Shown here piece after piece: positions 60,636 to 64,000 of a stretch of DNA of 64,000 nucleotides. The notes beneath the pieces were generated by a model, which was not told where the DNA came from, ran no database searches, and saw only the letters and a list, made by a program, of their open reading frames with translations. The DNA is taken from the NCBI GenBank assembly GCA_048213135.1, contig PS015010.1, forward strand, positions 1,612,001-1,676,000, in the 5' to 3' direction. The translations under genes were made by a program, and so were the position numbers. Numbering within the stretch: position 1 is the stretch's first letter; every line of letters begins with the position of its first letter. The stretch comes from Reclinomonas americana ATCC 50394 (Eukaryota).

Positions 60636-61742
60636 ATGACAACGAACAGGAGACACTGGTTAAAGCAAATAAGTCTTGGCATTGCCGGCCTGAGTTTAGC
60701 GCCCGTTCACAGTTTCGCGCTGCCGCCACAGGAAGGTAATTTGTCTTACGATCCCGGCGACGGACCGGTACGCCTCAGTTCGAATGAGAACCCCTATGGC
60801 CCTTCGCCCATGGCACGTAAAGCCATGGCGGAATACCTGAACAGCAGCAACCGGTATGGCTGGAAACTGGGTTCCGAACTGGTATCCGCCATCGCGAAGC
60901 TGGACAAAGTAAATGATGCTAATATCCTTCTCTCCGCCGGATCAACGGAAATACTGGAACTGGTGACATTGCTGGCCGCACAGCAAAAGGGAAGTTTTGT
61001 TTTAGCCGATCCCACTTTCCGTTCCTGGGTGAATACCGCTGAGAAACTGGGACTGGAAAAAATTGCCGTGCCACTTACAGCAGACAAACGCCACAACCTG
61101 GATGCCATGCGCAGGGCCATACGCCCCGACACGCGGATGGTATACGTGTGCAATCCCAACAACCCCACCGGTACCGTATGCGATCCCGCAGCGTTGCAAA
61201 CATTCATTAAAGAAGCCGCACAAAAAACACTGGTGCTGCTCGATGAAGCGTATATCCATTATTGCGGTCAGGCTTCACTCGCAACATTGGCCGCCACAAC
61301 TGAGAACATTGTAATCGCCAGGACCTTTTCCAAAGTGTACGGCCTTGCAGGGGCCAGGGTGGGTTATGCCATTGCGCACAACAATACCATGGACCGCTTA
61401 CTGAAACTGAAAGTATGGCCCAATGGCAGCCTGGCTACGGTATCTGTTGCCGCGGCCCTGGCCTCGCTGAAAGATGAAGCATTTGTAAAAGAGACCATTA
61501 CTTTAAACGAACAGGCGAAAAACTATACAGTTAAAGAATTGCAGAAGACAGGCATTACCTGCATCCCGTCACATACCAATTTCCTGTATTTTTCTTTAGC
61601 CAATTATAAGAATGATTTTTTTGCCAGCCTGAAAACCAATCGTGTTGAAGGAACGCGTATCATTGAAGAAGATGGCAAATGGTCGAGGATCACGATCGGA
61701 ACTATGGCTGAAATGGAACGTTTCATCCAATCCATTACCTGA
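60636..61742 (+). CDS. Class I/II PLP aminotransferase (HisC-like) with twin-arginine signal
   Basis: TNRRHWLK Tat motif; LSSNENPYG, CNPNNPTG, DEAY, RTFSKVYGLAGARVGY. Confidence 0.9.
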   Translation: MTTNRRHWLKQISLGIAGLSLAPVHSFALPPQEGNLSYDPGDGPVRLSSNENPYGPSPMARKAMAEYLNSSNRYGWKLGSELVSAIAKLDKVNDANILLSAGSTEILELVTLLAAQQKGSFVLADPTFRSWVNTAEKLGLEKIAVPLTADKRHNLDAMRRAIRPDTRMVYVCNPNNPTGTVCDPAALQTFIKEAAQKTLVLLDEAYIHYCGQASLATLAATTENIVIARTFSKVYGLAGARVGYAIAHNNTMDRLLKLKVWPNGSLATVSVAAALASLKDEAFVKETITLNEQAKNYTVKELQKTGITCIPSHTNFLYFSLANYKNDFFASLKTNRVEGTRIIEEDGKWSRITIGTMAEMERFIQSIT

Positions 61743-61744
61743 TT

Positions 61745-62902
61745 TTATTTGCCTTTGAACATACGCAACAACGCATCAAGCCCTTCGTTGGAATGCATCG
61801 AATCCGTTTGTTCCAACGTCATCCTTGCCGTTTCCGATGCCCGTTTCCGCATATGTTCTTCATAATGTTGTATGGCAGATAAGGCATCAGCTATTTCTCC
61901 ACCAGTAAGACATTCACTCAACTCCAATGCGTCCAGCATCGCCATGTTCACACCCTCACCTGCATAAGGAGGCATCAGGTGGGCGGCATCGCCAATAAGT
62001 GTTATATCAGGCCTGGATTCCCAGTTTTGGTCAAGCGGCATATAATATTGCGGCCGCGGAATAAAAGACACCCGGTTACCGGCAAACAATTCATTCCAGA
62101 TGATGTCCCATCCGGTAAAAGTTGCCGTGAACCAGTTGAGTACATCTTTCGGGTTATTGAAATTGACACCTCCTTCCTTTGCCCAGTTTTCCGGCGTGGC
62201 ACAACCGGTATAAAACGACAGGCTGCCATCACCCTTGGCACTAAGAATAAGTGTTTTCCCATCACCCAGGGCGAAAACTTTTCCTCCTTTTACCAGTTCC
62301 TGTAAACTGGGCGCATTAATGGCCGCATCATATATAGTGCCTTCAACAACGGTGATCCCGGAATAGATGGGTTTCAAAGGTGTAACAAAAGGACGTATTT
62401 TGGAATTGCCGCCATCGGCACCAATAACAAAATCAGCATAAGCGGTATGTTCGTCACTGCAATGTATGATCCATTGCTCATCTTCCTGTTCCAGTGCTAC
62501 GATATGACTGTTCCACCTGACGGTACCGGGCTGAAGTGAATCGAGTAATATGTCACGGAGGGGACCGCGGTCTATTTCCGGCCGAAAATATTCATTACCA
62601 AAGTCCTCTCCCGGCTTTTCTGCGTGATCATCGAGCAGGATGTCGCCGTGCTTATTTACGACACGCATTTTATCGGCACCCGGCCGGTATACCGCTTTGA
62701 AGGCGTCCAGCAACCCCGCCGCCCTGATAGCCGCCAGTCCTGATTCTTCATGAAGATCAAGTGTAGCGCCCTGTACCCTTACATGGCGGCCGGCATCCCT
62801 TTCATATACGGTTACATCAGCTCCTTTGATCTGTAAAAGACGGGCAAGTGTTAATCCTCCGGGACCGCCACCAATGATGGCGATCTTTTTTTCTGTTATC
62901 AT
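61745..62902 (-). CDS. Tet(X)-like FAD-dependent monooxygenase
   Basis: IIGGGPGGLT, GATLDLH, PEIDRGPLR.ILLDSL, GADGGNSKIR, GDAAHLMPPYAGEGVN. Confidence 0.85.
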   Translation of the reverse strand: MITEKKIAIIGGGPGGLTLARLLQIKGADVTVYERDAGRHVRVQGATLDLHEESGLAAIRAAGLLDAFKAVYRPGADKMRVVNKHGDILLDDHAEKPGEDFGNEYFRPEIDRGPLRDILLDSLQPGTVRWNSHIVALEQEDEQWIIHCSDEHTAYADFVIGADGGNSKIRPFVTPLKPIYSGITVVEGTIYDAAINAPSLQELVKGGKVFALGDGKTLILSAKGDGSLSFYTGCATPENWAKEGGVNFNNPKDVLNWFTATFTGWDIIWNELFAGNRVSFIPRPQYYMPLDQNWESRPDITLIGDAAHLMPPYAGEGVNMAMLDALELSECLTGGEIADALSAIQHYEEHMRKRASETARMTLEQTDSMHSNEGLDALLRMFKGK

Positions 62903-62930
62903 GGTCGTATATTTTAATTACGACACAAAA

Positions 62931-63680
62931 TTATTCAGAGGAAAAAGAAGAGAATTGTATAAATCGGTCGTTTATATTACGGCTGAGTTCCCTGGGCACA
63001 ACACCTGACAATCTTTTTACTTCCCTGATAAAATGCGACTGGTCGGCAAAATCTTCCCTGGGAAAAAGTTTACCTTCTTTAATGTGCCCGAATGATGCCC
63101 GGAAGCGGAGAATACTGCTATAGGTTTTCAGTGGCACCCCAAACTGCTGGTTAAAGTACCGGTTGACCTGGCGGCTGCTCCAGAAGACTTTTTCCGATAA
63201 TTCTTTTACGGATAACGATCCGTTAGCAGCATACAGCAGGCGGAACAATTCCAGTTTGCGGTTGTCGGTATCGTTTGATAAACGTACAGTTATTGCTGAA
63301 GTGATCTTATCGCAGAACTGGTCAAAATGCTGCAGGTCGTTATCTGTGAATCCCCAGAAATTATTAGGCAGGTTTTTGCCGCTATCGGCAAGTGTGGCGA
63401 TATCTTCATGAAGGATATATTCCACCGCGGGTAATTTAAAGCTGGCCGCGAAAATAAGTGCGCCGGGTACAATAGAAGCTTCATCAGCCCTGGTACCTAA
63501 TCCAAGCAGGTTAACATGATAGGGTTGTGCGGATGAGCGGGAGAAAAAGAGGTCTACCCTTCCGTCGGGCAGTATGATCACCTCTTTGGTGCTGCCGGAT
63601 GTGTTGTGCAGCATCCAGAAACTATCAACATAATCGTGAAGCGGGTGACCGGCCGGGATAGTATGAATGACCAGTTCCAT
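62931..63680 (-). CDS. AraC family transcriptional regulator (DUF6597-like N-domain)
   Basis: ILPDGRVDL, SSRQVNRYF, FADQSHFIREVK. Confidence 0.9.
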   Translation of the reverse strand: MELVIHTIPAGHPLHDYVDSFWMLHNTSGSTKEVIILPDGRVDLFFSRSSAQPYHVNLLGLGTRADEASIVPGALIFAASFKLPAVEYILHEDIATLADSGKNLPNNFWGFTDNDLQHFDQFCDKITSAITVRLSNDTDNRKLELFRLLYAANGSLSVKELSEKVFWSSRQVNRYFNQQFGVPLKTYSSILRFRASFGHIKEGKLFPREDFADQSHFIREVKRLSGVVPRELSRNINDRFIQFSSFSSE

Positions 63681-63688
63681 AGAAAGAC

Positions 63689-64000
63689 TTAACGGATGAT
63701 GTCAATTTTAAAGTTCATGACAACCGGTGCAAAATTGGCTGATATTTCCGCGGTGTAGTTGTCGGCAGTAACTTCTTTTATGATCATTTTCAAAACATGC
63801 GTACCATCTCCCATAAGGGAGGGGTCGCCTTTGATCAGTTTCTCCGGTCTCAGTTCGCAGGTACAATCATCTGTCCATTTTACCGAAAAGACAACCTCAA
63901 AACCAATGTCATCATTCTTCTCTGTCTGTTTATCGGTCGTCCGGGTAATATAGGTGGTGCCCGTTTCTTTAGTATACATTTTAAACCGCCCTGTTTGTAC
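63689..64000 (-). CDS. Hypothetical protein (5' end outside window)
   Basis: Reading frame stays open to the window end. Confidence 0.55.
   Translation of the reverse strand, partial: VQTGRFKMYTKETGTTYITRTTDKQTEKNDDIGFEVVFSVKWTDDCTCELRPEKLIKGDPSLMGDGTHVLKMIIKEVTADNYTAEISANFAPVVMNFKIDIIR

Overview
A 64-kb chromosomal segment from a Bacteroidota bacterium, most likely Chitinophagaceae. The assignment rests on TAnnTTTG promoters, the miaB/sigma54-activator/lptE/secG block, T9SS C-terminal domains and S46/M1/M13 peptidases. About 53 CDSs are present, mostly housekeeping and envelope genes. I found no rRNA, tRNA, CRISPR array, integrase or transposase. Notable items: (1) a candidate ~180-nt non-coding RNA (31767-31950) with its own promoter, a terminator and a repeated 20-nt motif. 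It is divergent from an uncharacterised helical-repeat protein, and its motif is complementary over 11 nt to the 5' leader of the 2-oxoacid dehydrogenase E2 gene 18 kb away. (2) A UbiA/type III PKS/methyltransferase/FAD-oxidoreductase operon. (3) A Tet(X)-like monooxygenase with an AraC regulator. (4) Two REP-like palindrome families and dispersed heptamer/octamer repeats, including a 17-copy array. (5) Several apparently leaderless genes. (6) Two homopolymer frameshifts. All product calls come from motif recognition by eye; no database search was run.
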